64,000 nt of DNA, from the NCBI GenBank assembly GCA_013239625.1, contig MU057069.1:1732018-1796017 (forward strand), given 5' to 3'. The notes below the pieces were generated by a model. The model did not search any database, was not told the DNA's origin, and worked only from the letters and a program-made list of their open reading frames with translations. The stretch comes from Lama guanicoe (lineage: Eukaryota). Shown one piece after another: positions 12,950 to 24,968 of the stretch (position 1 is its first letter; each line of letters starts with the position of its first letter). Both the position numbers and the translations under genes were made by a program.

Positions 12950-14050
12950 TGTGGGCAGCGTCGGTCAGTGCTCGAGGGTGAGTGGAGGAGGGGTCGCCGA
13001 CTGCGGGGCGGGAGCTGCGGGGCGTGCCCGCCCCCCGCCCCCCGCCCCCGGCACCGGCTGCCTCCGCAGGGGCGGGGGGCCGAGCCGGCCAAAGTCCAGG
13101 TCCGCGGGGGCTACGCAGCGCGCTACTTAAACCTACGACCCGCCGCCCCCGGCCTCCAGCCCGCCGCCGGCCGAGGACAGGGACGCCAGGTCAGTTGGCC
13201 GGCCGGATGGGGGACCGGGCGTCAGAGGGACGGCGGGCGGCAGGCGGACAGGCCGCGTGGCCGCCTCGGGGCTGAACGGCGCCGCAGCGCGCCGCCCTGG
13301 GACTTGTAGTTCTGGGTCCGCGAGAGGCCGGCGCGAGCCGGGGGCGCGGACTACATTTCCCAGAAGGCTGGGGCAGCGGGGTCACGGGGGAAGCGCGCCG
13401 GCCGGCGGCGCTCCCCGGGCGCGATGGGGCCAGCCCTAGGGGCGGAGGGCAGCCGCGAGGCCCCTGGAAGGCGGCCCGCGCCGAGGGGCCTGGGCCGGGC
13501 TGGGCCCATGCACAGCCTGGCGGCGGGGCCTGACTGCTGCGGGGGCCTCGGCAACCTGGACTTCAGGCAGGTACGGGCCGCGCTGGCCGCCGGGCCGGGA
13601 AGGGTTCGCGAGGGCGGCTGGGTCCGTGGGGGCGGGGCCGCCGTTACCAGGCAACGGGCGGCGCGGGCGGGCTGCGGCCGCGGGTGTGAGTCGATGTGTG
13701 AGTGAGTCCGCGTGTGCGCGCGTGGCACAGCCTGCGGAGCCGCGCGGGACGCGCCGGGATGGGCGGGGCTGGAGGCCCCATCCCCACGCCTCTCCCTCCG
13801 GCCTGCGTACTCGTCCACCGCGCCTTCCCCGGAGCCGCTTCAGCCTAGTCGGCGTCGGCCGCGCCCAGGCCGCCCTCGGTGGCGTCCGTTCGCGCACGCA
13901 GCCGGTCCCCAGGGAGGGCCGGGTGTCCGCCGAGGAGCGGCGCACAGCCGCAGGTTGCCCGTTCTGGTTTACTGGGGCGTGGCTGAGACTACAGCCGGCA
14001 TGCGGCCCCTCGGGTAGCTCTAGGGGCCCGCTCGCAGGGGGGAGGGAGGA
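12950..14050. promoter_or_regulatory. PEMT: CpG-island promoter of PEMT
   Basis: Very CpG-dense; multiple GGGGCGGG boxes; ZNF143-type motifs at 13298-13310 and 13350-13368; X-box at 13643-13655; surrounds exon 1. Confidence 0.85.
13424..13570 (+). CDS. PEMT: PEMT coding exon 1 (long isoform N-terminal extension); in-frame ATGs at 13424 and 13508
   Basis: Translation ends AGPDCCGGLGNLDFRQ, matching the human long-isoform motif AGPDCCGGLGNIDFRQ. Donor CAG|GTACGG at 13570/13571, phase 0, in frame with exon 2. Which ATG is used is uncertain. Confidence 0.8.
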
Positions 14051-15229
14051 GCCAAGACACAGGAGTCTGTGCTGGAAAAAAGAAAACGTCGAGGCGAACA
14101 TCAAGACATTTCTGCTGGTCACAGAAAGCAGACCTCTCGTTCGTGCTTTAGTGCTTTTCTGTGTGTGGGAAGATGCAAGACCCTGGACTCCTCGAAATCG
14201 TTCCTTGCATGTGCCTCTTAACTGCTTAGGTCAGCGTCCTGCCCTTCTCCATCCTGAACTCCCTTCAGGGCAAACAGCAGGTTGGCTGCAGTGGCTGATG
14301 GCTTGATGGGGGCCACATTCTTTGTCCACAGGGGTGTTGGAGACTGGCTCTCAGTGACCTTTCACTCCAGTGAGCCTGGAAACAGCATTCTCAGCCGGTG
14401 ATAAAACTGGCCAGTGATTTAGAGAGGAGCTGGTGGGAGGTGGGACTGAGATCCCCAGATAGCCGGTTCCAGGTCTGAGGAGGTGACCTCTGAGCGGAGT
14501 CCTGAGTGCTAAGCTGTGGGGAGGCCGGCGGAGCAGTGGCCTTGAGGAGGAGTATTTGTTCAAGAACAGAGAGACGACTGGTGTCTGGCTCCAAGGGAGT
14601 GCAGGACAGTCCCAGGCCATGCTTGGGCAGAGAGGAAGAAGACTCACTATGTCAATGAAGTTTCCTTGAAGCGTAACAGTCAGGTGGGGGCCCAGTCACA
14701 CCGCACAGCTCAGTCACGTTCACAGAGTCAGCTCGCCCGTGTTACCAATGCCAGCTCTCCAGAAGCCGCCCTCAGGAGGACCACTGGTTCCTTAGAACTT
14801 TGAACTGTAGGTGGCCATTAGAGATCTCTGGCCCACATGGTCAGTGGTGGGACTGAGATCCATGTTTTCCATGACAGAAGACCCCAGACGAGAAGGGCAC
14901 TTGAAATTCCGAAGAGGGCCCCTGGCGCCAGGGCAGGTGCTCTTGGGGGAGTGACTCTGGGTGGAAGGGTGCGTCCCCATGAGCCGAAGGTGGTCAAGCC
15001 TTCAGGCAGAATTCAAGGTGGGGCAGGGGGCCCAGCTGAGGGTTAGGGTCCTGCCCTAGGATCCAGCAAGGCCGGAGTTGTAGCCCTGGCAGCCAGAGGC
15101 AGGCGTCAGCCGTGGTCAGGGAAGGATTTCCTGGGTGTGTGTGTGGGAAGGTCTTTTGTGCCCTCTCCCTCCCCTCCAGAGTCCGACGGGGCTGTGCAGT
15201 TGGAGAGATCTGGGAGCATTTTGGGGGAC

Positions 15230-15244
15230 AGGTCAGGGTGACCC
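15230..15244. promoter_or_regulatory. Perfect consensus estrogen response element AGGTCAgggTGACCC in PEMT intron 1
   Basis: Exact match to RGGTCAnnnTGACCY; PEMT is a known estrogen-inducible gene. Confidence 0.6.
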
Positions 15245-16249
15245 TCTTTGGTTGACATTCCATTTTTTTCCACCGTTACCCTTGTTGGTACAGTTAAGCT
15301 CCCTGTTGCCAACAACATCCAACACTGGGTATTTGTCGTGCCTCCTCCTTCCTCCGTCAGAACCTTTGCTTTGGAAAGATGTCAGTCTTGGGCCTGAGTG
15401 AGTGGGAAGGTGTTTCTTCACCCCACGGTGTCTGAGCTGCAAGATCTCAGCCCAGAGCCGTCTGGCGGGGGTGCAGCCTGTCACATTTAGGATGTAAACG
15501 CCTCTGGTAGCCACATTTTACCAAGAAAGAGAGAACCAGTGACGTCGCTGTTAACAACACGTCTTATTTAACGCAACACCTAAACAGTGTCACCCCGGCA
15601 GGTGCGCCGCGGTCCTCGTGGCCTCGCATGTGGCGTGGGCACAGTGCCCCTGACCGGCTATCTTCTGGGCCTGCTCCAGCTGGAATGATATGCTGGTTTT
15701 GTTTTTAGCTTGAAAAGGTCCCTGCTGGTGAGAAGAGCGTCCCTGCTTTGGCCACACGAACCGGGGCCCTTCCTGCCCTGAACTCCAGGGCTGGAGCACG
15801 AGGCCCGCTGGCTGGTGGTGGGTGGGAGTGGGACTGAGGGCTCCTAGGGTGCTGACTTCCTGGAGAAGCCAGCCCGCCAGGCACAGCCGGGGAGCCCCTT
15901 TCATGTCCGTCTTGGGGGTGGTGTGTCACGAGGTGCGCACCAGTTACTTGGTCTGTAAAATGGGAGCTTTGTAAACTATAAAGTGCAGTCCTCCTGAGGG
16001 TGGGTGGTCTGCAGAAGGCAGGGTCCTGTGTTCAGAAGCATCGAGGCCCTGCTGGGGGTGTCCCTTGAGGTGCGCAGTCTCCACTTGTGACTCATTTGTG
16101 ACCATTTGGGAGGCAAGCCCCAGGGGCAGGTAGGAGACTTCTCGGCTGCCTTACCACGTCAGAGTAAGCGTCAACCTACTTTATTGGACGACTTATTCTG
16201 TGAAGCTTGCAAGGATGTGATTATTGTCATCAGTGTTTTTCCCGTGGGG

Positions 16250-16355
16250 GGAGGTTTTTTCATTTATTAATTTTTTTTATTGGAGGTACCAGGGATTGAA
16301 CCCAGGACCTCGTGTATGCTTGGCATGCGCTCTGCCCCTGAGCTATACCCTCCCC
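16250..16355 (-). mobile_element. tRNA-Ala-derived SINE
   Basis: Plus strand reads ggaggtaccagggattgaacccaggacctcgtgtatgct...ctgagctataccctcccc. Confidence 0.85.
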
Positions 16356-16519
16356 TGTCTTCAGTGATTTCTGGATCAGAGGCCAGAGAGCAGGTTGGCT
16401 TCTCCGGCTCTGTGTGACCGTGGGCACGCCAAGTAGCCGTGGCTTCTTCTGCCTCCGCCGAGGGTTGAGGTGATCACGTGGCTTCTCCGCCCCCACCTGT
16501 CAGTCTGGCGACTTGCACT

Positions 16520-17610
16520 GACGTCTGTCCTAAGGTCTCACCAGCCCTGCATTCCAGGGGCGACCCCGACTTGGTCCTGGGTGTTCTTGTTGTTGCTGGA
16601 TTTGATTTGCTGTCATTTTGTTGAGACTCTCATTGGCCACATTCCCGAGGAATAGAGAGATTGTGTGGAATCTCCTTAAATATTTGGTAGGGGAGGCGGG
16701 GTGTAGCTCAGGCGGTAGATCGAGTGCTTAGCATGCACAAGGTTCTGGGTTCAATCCCCAGTACCTCCTCTTAAAAGAAAAGTAAATTGTGGGGTCAGGT
16801 CCAGTAATGGGTACAGGACTGCGTCGTCTCAAGTGAATTTTGGCAGCTGTGTGTTTCCAGGACTGGGGGAGCGGGTGGCGGTTTCCCCTGAGCTGTGGGG
16901 CTGTGGGCGTGGTCTCAGCGCCCCCTGAGGACCCAGGACGGCTGTGAGGTCGGCAGGGTGGCCTCATCTATTCCTGATAATTCATCTCTTCCCCCTTTTT
17001 TTCTGGTCATTGTGGCTAGAGGTTTATTGATTTTATTTTTTCCCAAAGAGCAAGCTTTAGGTTGGGGATTTTTTCCCCTTTATTTTTCTGTTTCCAGTTT
17101 GATTGATGTGGCTTTCATTTTTCCTCTCTGCTGGCCTTGAGATTGCTTTACTCCTTATTCTGCTTTCACAAGGCTTCTGTTGCTGCCTTGAGACTTTGCT
17201 CCGTCGGCGTGAGCTGTGCTTCTCCCTCCCAGTCCTGCGTCCCACAACTCTTGTTAGGTCGTTTTTCCATTTTCACTCAAACTGTTTTAGAGTTTTCCCT
17301 CAGACTTTCTCTCCGACCCGTGGAGTACCTGGAAATGCGTCTTTAACAAGCATCTCTCTGTTACTGGTTTCTAGTTTGATTCTGTTGTGGTTCAAGAATA
17401 TATTTGCTTATTCTTGTTTTTCAGTGTGTGCAGTTGTAACACTTTTTTATAGAAGTACAGCCAACTTGCAGTGTTGTTAGTCTCTGACGTGCAGCATGGT
17501 GATTCAGTTGTACACACATATACCTTTTTCATATTCTTTTTCACTAGAGGTTATTACAAGGTATTGAATATAGTTCCCTGTGCTGCACATTAGGACCTTG
17601 TTGTATCTGT
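16520..17610 (-). mobile_element. L1 remnants in PEMT intron 1, including an L1 3' end at about 17440-17610
   Basis: ggctagaggtttattgatttta...caaagagcaagcttt; ggttattacaaggtattgaatatagttccctgtgct. Confidence 0.55.
16690..16785 (+). mobile_element. tRNA-Ala-derived SINE
   Basis: GGGGTGTAGCTCAGGCGGTAGA...GCTTAGCATGCACAAGGTTCTGGGTTCAATCCCCAGTACCTCC plus A-rich tail. Confidence 0.85.
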
Positions 17611-17752
17611 GCTTTCACGTGCCCTCGCGAGGGCTGGGCCTCCTGCTGTTACGGGGGGAGGGCGGCTGGGCCCCGTGGTCGTGGTGGGGCTCAGACCCAC
17701 TGCATCCTCAGGGATTTTCTGTCTACGCGATTTTGCTTCGTGTTAGCCTCAG

Positions 17753-17852
17753 GTTTTGCTGTTTTGTTTTGTTTAATGGAGGCACTGGGATGGAACCCAG
17801 GACCTCGTGCGTGCTAAGCAGGTGCTGTACCGCTGAGCTGCACTCCAACCCC
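17753..17852 (-). mobile_element. tRNA-Ala-derived SINE with AGCCTCAG target-site duplication
   Basis: Same core in reverse; agcctcag at 17745-17752 and 17853-17860. Confidence 0.85.
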
Positions 17853-20800
17853 AGCCTCAGTGTTTTCATCCGGAGAGTGGCTGGGTAAACCGGGTCACGT
17901 GGCAAGAACAGCTACCACCTGGCAAGGTTTCCTCACATCACCTCACTTAGGCTCTGTGACAGTCCCAGGGTGGAGGCACTCCCACCACCGAGGTTTGCCC
18001 TGGCTTCCTCTGGGCGTGGGCTTGGCCAGTCTGGGGCAGACGCTGTCCCAGGATGGGCCCTGCCTCTGCCAGGGTGGCCAAGGCTGGGTCAGCTGACCTC
18101 CTGGCATCGCTGCCTTTGACGCTGAGTGTGTTCTTAGACGGATGGGCTCAGCGCCAACCTAGAGGGGCCTGTCCTGGGCCCCTTCTGTTTGGGTGTCACA
18201 GTGTGACCCTGGGGCTGAGTCCCTGCCGCGTCCACGCTCCCTCAGTAAAGTGGGCAGTCGGTAGCTGACCCCCCCACGTGGGAGCGCATGGCCCCTGGTT
18301 GCGGTAGGTCGTGCCCCCCTCCTCCCCGCTGTTCAAACTCAGAGACTCTGCAGTCTGTCACCTCGAGGGGTTCCTTTCTTAGAATTACTGGGTAGCAGGC
18401 CAGGACTCCTGCAGCTTAATGAGGCTGGGGCAGAGGGGTGACGGGGGGACCCTCCTCTTAGTCAGGGTGGCCCACAGGTGTGCGGGGTGAGGGCATGAGG
18501 GGACCTGGGGCCCTCCTGCTCTGCTCCTGCCTGACCCGGGTTTTGGAGGGAGGGGGGTGACAGCCACCAGGAGTGGGAAGCCGGAGGGGCTCCCTCTGCT
18601 GCCCCAACCTGTCAGCATTGTCTCTGGCTCAGCAGGTCCTCTCCAGGCGACACAGATCTCCTCTCTAGGTGACCCGTGGACAACTCCCTCCCTGGGCGGG
18701 TTGACAGGTTGGCCGAGGGCTCTGGGGCCTGAGTGGGGCCGAGGCTCCAGTGCTGAGCGGCGCTGGCGGACGTGGACTGCTGTCAGCCGGCTGGGCGACC
18801 TCTGTGTGCCTCGGTGTCCCTCCCACGCCTCTGCTCCGGGATTTCTCCTCCCCACCTGCCTGGCCTCCTTGGGAGCGGTTGGCCCCACTGCTGGAATCCG
18901 GAATCTCGAGGGGAATCCAGAATCCGGAGGGCGGGGCTGCTTGCTTATCTCCCCGTGGGCAGGCGAGGGCTATTGTCTTTCCTGGGTTGCCGCAGGTGAG
19001 GTGTGAGAGCTTTAAACAGATGTGCATTGCAGGTGGCTCAGTGTCAGATCCCCCGTTGAGTGAGTCTGGATCAAATCCTTAAAAGTATCTGAAGCATTCT
19101 GGGAGGGGACTGGATACTTTGCCCCAGGGCCCTGTGGGGAATTAGGGGGCAGTTCCCAGCTCCCGACTGACTTTTCTTTCCTGAGGTTTAATTCGCACGG
19201 GGAAATGCAGAGTCAGGCCCAGCTGGAGAGTTCTGAGCTGAGCCAGGGAGTGTTGCCATCACCCCAGAACGTCTTGCCCCCCAGGCTGCCAGCTCTCTCT
19301 GGTTCACTGTCCCCGGGGGCCCTTGACCCATCTCCGCCCTCTCAGGTGGGCCGGCCTCTGCTCTGCGCCTCACACTTGACCTTTTACCTTCTCTCCTCTT
19401 GGCCCTGCCAGCCCAAGGCCACCCGTGGGGCAGGAGGCACAGCCTGAGGGCACACGGGGTTTGCCTGGGTCTGTGGGGTTTCCTGCCCTCGCAAAGGTGG
19501 GCGTCCCCAGAGCAGCTCCTGGCCTGTAGTGAAAAGTGATGGAAGTGATGGAGCTCAAGGCTGTGTGGGCGGTGGGCCCGAGCATCTGACCCACCGGCCA
19601 CCTCCCTGTGCTTCTCCGCAAATGCAGATGCGTGACGTTGGGCACATAGGGTTGGTGGTGATTGCAGGAGAGAGCGGCAGGCCTCTGTCTGCTTAGAGAG
19701 GGGCCACGGCCAGCTGCAGGCCCTGGCGTCGGGGACGTTGGCGTCACTGTGGACATGCAGGAGAAGGCAGGAGAATTCTGGCTTGGAGGAGTGATGTCCT
19801 CGGACGGAACTCTCCTTTTTTAAAAGAGAGTCTGGCTGACAGTGAACCCTTGGTCTGCAGAGATGCTGTATCAACTCGGGGGGGGAACTGCCGTGGTAAA
19901 CCCCGCAAGTGGTGAGAAGTGCGTCTCGCGTGCCGCCCCGAGCTGCACGTGATTCAGGGCACAGGCTGGCCAGGTGCTGATAGGAAGCGTGGTTTATGGA
20001 CTTGTTGAATGGGGTGGAATTCGGGGAAGGTCAGGGCCTCAGCACCCGTTGGGTGTCCCTGGGGCTCTTCCCTGTGCACGTTCATCCCCCAGCTGAGCCT
20101 CCGGGGGACGGAGGCCTGACGAGGGAGACTGCCTTGAGTGGGTTCCACCCCCAAGTTCCTAAGAAACCGAGGAAGACCCCGCCCCCTCCTGCCGAGGCTT
20201 GTGAACGTTGCTTGATTTCTTAGGTTAAGTGGTGCCGGAAAAGTAAATTTTTATGGAGCACAGTGTCTGGCAGCTGGTGAATCTCTGGCCTCCTAAGTAG
20301 AGGGATGTGCTGGCCTTGGGGCCTTTCCTGCCTCCGCCCCAAACCAGAGGGAGGGGACCAGAGTCCCAGGAGCATAGGTGGCTAAGATGTGCCTTTAGTC
20401 CCCACGTGTTACGGATGATGAAATGAGGGCCACGGTTCCCCCAGCAAACATTCACTGTCTGTGCCAGGCAGAAGGTACGGAGATGGGGGAGAAAACGGCC
20501 CCAAGTCTTGGAGGAACAATTACAAGCTGGAGACAGATGCGCAAATAACTGTGCTGGGGTGTTCGCTGAGGACGCAAAGGAGGGTGCCGTGGAGGAGGGG
20601 ACGGGGACGCTCCCCCGGGTCCTGAGGGATGGACAGGAGTGTGAGGGGTAGGGGTATTTCAGAAGCCGTTTGAAAGGCTCCAGAAGACGGTGTTTGTGGG
20701 TGATGGGGCGCAGGGAGGGTGGGGGTGAGGAGGATGGACGGGAATCCACCGCCCGTCAGGGAGCCTGGGGTGTGGGCGTGGCTGGGAGTGAGGGCAGTGG

Positions 20801-21719
20801 GACCTGTTGGAGGAGTTTTGAGCAGGAGAACCATGGGGTCACCACACAGGTTGGACTTGCAGGTGAGAGGAGACCAGGGGTGTTATCCTCTGAAAGGATG
20901 AACTCTGCCCCCAAACGAAAAAAAACATAAGACACCATCGAAGTAGATGCTGTGGCAAAGATCGGAACTCTCATGGACCTAGATTTACTTCCCAGGTGGG
21001 ACTGGAGGGGCGCCACGAGTTACTAAAAAGAAAAAGTAGAACTCAAAGCTCGAGGTGAGGGCTCAGTAACTACTCACCACTCTAGACGCTGGAGGTGTCT
21101 CGTCTTCTTAGAGAAAGAGCTCAGCGTTGGAAACGGCCAGCTGTTTTCTTCTCTTGTCCTTGGAGGCTGCGGGGGGGGTCTCAGTTCTGTCCTTGGGGAC
21201 ATCTGGGCCACGTCTGGAGTCGAGTTTTGTTGCCACAGCGGTTGGGGGGGGGCACTACCAGTGTGGAGCAGGCACGGGCCGCAGAGTGACCAGCCCGAGG
21301 GCAGACAAGCCGAGAGGCCATTGCTGCAGTGTCGCCGGCTCTTTCCTGGTTCTGGGAGGCTGAGCTGAGCATCTGCTGTGTGGGCATCAGCCCCGCGGGC
21401 TTGCTCTGGGGTCTCGGACCCCCAGCAGGGGCCCGGTCACCCCAGTGGGGTCCCTGCTGCGACCGGGTGCTGGACACTCAGAGCTGCTGGCTTCCTTCCT
21501 GCGCTTCCGCCGCCGGCTTGGCCGCCCTCCGACCGGGCACTACACGGCTGGTTGGGTTTCGGCTTTTATCTTCAGATTTATGAGATTACATTAACCTTTG
21601 CTGGACTTGGATGTGCCCGAGCCGCCCGCCATGTTCCTGGAGGGTAACTTTGTTTCCGAGGTCTGGGGGGGCCGGGCAGGGCAGGCGGGCTCCCGCTGAC
21701 GCCAGCTCTGTCCCCGCAG

Positions 21720-21827
21720 GCAGACCTCTGCATTATGACCCGGCTGCTGGGCTACGTGGACCCCTCAGATCCCCGCTTTCTGGCTGCAGTCCTCGCCATC
21801 GCTTTCAATCCGCTCTTCTGGAATGTG
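21720..21827 (+). CDS. PEMT: PEMT exon 2 (short-isoform ATG at 21735)
   Basis: Acceptor tccccgcag|G; 108 nt encoding [36 protein letters not shown]; donor GTG|GTAAGT. Confidence 0.97.
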
Positions 21828-24293
21828 GTAAGTGTCCTGGCGGGCTGTGCGGACGGACAGACGGACGGATGGCTCTTCCCTGCCCCCCCGCCATCTGTCT
21901 GGCCCGTGTGGGATCATCCCCTCTGCTTCCCCACTGAGATCGGCACCAGTTAGAGGGCGTTGACTGGGGAAGCCCCTCTCCTCGGGGACCCCACGACGTG
22001 GTGGTACCAACAGACGGCCCTGGGCCGCAGCGGGGCTGCCCGTGTGTGCCGGCGGATCCCGGTCTTCTGGCTGGTGGGGCGATGGTCTCAGTGGGGTGTG
22101 CCCCTCTGCCACGCCCCAGGGGAGCCACTTGTGACTCCCCGCCCTGAGGACGCGCTTTGGAAGCTTTGGAAGCCTAAGTGAGGCTCCCTGCAGAGCTGTC
22201 TGCATCCCCCAGAGCACCTGCAGAGCGGCACCCGGCTCTTCCGTGGGTGCGCGGGACGTGGAGGACTGGGGCAGGGTGGCTGGGCTGAGTGGTAGGTGGG
22301 CTCTGGGCTGTGCCTCCTGCCATCCTTTCTCTGAGACGCCTCTCTCCTGCCAAGATGTGGGGGCACCTCTAGGGGTTTCTGGCCCATTGCCCGTGGTGGC
22401 ATCTCTGGAGACACAGAGCAGGGCGGCAGGGTGGTCTGGGGCCGCTCCCCGAAGCTCCTGCCCTGCACCCACTGGTACGGAACCCGGACGCCCTGGGCCC
22501 CCCTGGGCCCTCCTGGAGGGCGGCCTGATGAGTGAGGCAGGCCCAGTTCAGCACAGGCTGTTCAGAACTGCGCTCATCTCAGGTGGCCTCTTGCTCCCAG
22601 GAGCAGAACAGGACGTGTTTGTATCTGGTTGAGGAGTTAGGCCTTTTCTTCATCGGGGAGAGCGGGTAGGGGCCGAGTGCTCACCTCAAAGAGGCTGTGT
22701 TCCACTCACGTCCTGACAGATGCGTCCCTCCTTCTGGGGGTTAATGCACCTCCCTTTTAACACACTCCACTAGTCTCCTGTGCCGCCAGAACTAATTGTG
22801 ACAAACTGGGTAGTTTAAAGCAGCCGGGATATGTTCCCCCCTCCCCTGCCTCCGCTCTGGAGGCCAGAAGCCTGAAATCAGTACACCAGGCCTGGGTCCG
22901 GGTGTGGGTAGGGCCACGCTGCCCCCAGGCTGTGGGGGTGGGTCCCCGGGAGACGCTGGTTCCAACGGCTGCACCTCCCTTGGCTCCCCCAGTCTTCACA
23001 CTCCCTCTGCCTCCCTCCTGCAAGGAAGCACGTGACTGGGGCCCCGAGGAGCCAGGACAACGCCCACCTCCAGACCCCGGAGGCAGGCTGAAGCAAGGCA
23101 GCCTCCCCAGGTTCTGTGGTCAGATGTGGACATCACGGAGGCCGGCTTTCAGCTGCTACACCCTCTACCCTTCATTGCCTGGTGCTGCTGGAGGGAAAGG
23201 TGTACGGGGTGTGAGGGCGAGGGCAAAGGGCAAGCAGGATCTCCGTGGGGTGCAGCGTGGCGACTCCAGCTCTGGTGGGAGGCCTGTGTCAGGTCAGGGC
23301 TGCTCAGGCAGAGACCAGGGAGGCCGGAGGATGGTTGGGGCAAAGCAAGCTCTAGACTTCCACTCAGGCCCTCCTGCCCGAGGCCACAGGATCCTTCCTC
23401 TGGCTGTTCGTCGGTATCCTTTCATATCCTTTGTAATAACCTGTAACCCGTGAGTAAACTGGTTTCTGGAGCTCGCGGAGCTGGGACGGCCGTGTCGCGA
23501 TTGCGCTGAGGGGTTGGTGTCGAAATTGTTTGGGTGTGTGCGAGGGATCCTCCCATGGGGACTGGTGCGCCGCTGGAGAGTGTGAGGGCGGCGAGGGCAT
23601 GGGAGGAGCTCAGACCTGCCCCGGGTCCTCCAGGGGAGGCAGGGTTCGGGGGTGGCCACCCAGGGCTGTGTCTGGCCTGGAGCCTGGGCCCCTGGACTGC
23701 TCCCTGGGCCGCGGCTCCTGGCGCTGCCCACCACGCCCGCCCGGCAGCGCCCAGCATCCGCGCCCGCTAGAGCCCGTGCCAGCCTGAGCAGCCCCGGAGC
23801 CCCGCCTGCGGAGGCTTCCCCTCCCTTGCAGGGCCTCCTTGGCTCCTCGCTGCGTTTCTGGCTCTGTCTCTGCTGAGACCACTTCCTCTGCCTGTCATCC
23901 ATCCACTCGCTCATTTGTTCATGCAAATGCTCACCCCCCAATTCCAGTCGCCAGGGAATGGAACTGCGAGGCTCACAGGGGGCGTGTGCTTGGAAAGGAG
24001 CTGGAGAGGGACCAGTGGGGGCTCTTCCTTTGTCACCTGTGTCTCTGTCCAGGTGCTGTGGCCCCACCTGGGGGTGTCCAGGCCCTGTATGGAGCTCGCT
24101 GTTTGCACCCAAACCAGACCTCCCCGACTTCTCCCTGCCCCACCTGCAGGAAGGAGGCCCCCGCCAGTGGGGTGGCCCCGGGTAGGTCCCAGGGGAGAAG
24201 GTGTTGCTTGGGAGGAGACAGCATTGGTTATCAGATCCACAGTCCAAACACCGGAGTTGGTTAACAATGAAGCTTGTCCAGAAGCCGGGGAGT

Positions 24294-24389
24294 GGGTCTC
24301 ATGGCTCCTCTGGGGGGGGGTCTCATGGCTTCTCAACAGGGGGTCTCATGGTTCCTTGGTGGGGGGTCTCGTGGCTCCTCGGTAGGGGG
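24294..24389. repeat. Four-copy imperfect ~25-bp tandem repeat (GGGTCTCATGGCTCCTC core)
   Basis: gggtctcatggctcctc / ggtctcatggcttctc / gggtctcatggttcctt / gggtctcgtggctcctc. Confidence 0.8.
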
Positions 24390-24936
24390 CTGCACAGGGT
24401 CAGAGCCGGTGCCTGGGCTTCTGGAGGAGCAGGGTTGGGGTGGGGAGGTGGACGAGCCAGCTGGTCTGCAGAGGGAGGACCCTAAGTGCCACCCTGTGTG
24501 CTAGAGGCCTCAGTGAGGTCGTGTGCTGGTGTGTGAGGGGTGGACACGCGTGTGCATGGGTGAGTGAGGGGAGCTGTCTGACACCTCGCTCCCGACTGGC
24601 TCGATGGCCACGCACCCACTGGACCAAAAAACATCCTCCCCAGGTGCGTCCTGTTTGCGGGGATGTTAAACTGTGGCCCAGGGAGGGCTCTCCTGAGCAG
24701 AGCCTGATGGCTGGGCAGGCTGAACTGAGATCTTGGCTCTGGGAGCACAGGGCTCTGGCCCAGGAGCCACTGTCCCTTCCAACCAGCGTCCCCTCGGACA
24801 CCACGGCACACCCCCTCTCCCCGCCCCCACCTGCTGTGCTCAGAGCTGGGTTCCCGAAGGACTAATGGATGTCTGGCCTCGACCCACACTTGCTCCCCTG
24901 GGCTCGACGTGGGCTCAAGTGCAAGGTGTTCTGCAA

Positions 24937-24968
24937 TGTGTGTGTGTGTGTGTGTGTGCGCGCGCGCG
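24937..24968. repeat. (TG)n(CG)n microsatellite
   Basis: 32 bp of alternating purine-pyrimidine sequence. Confidence 0.9.
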
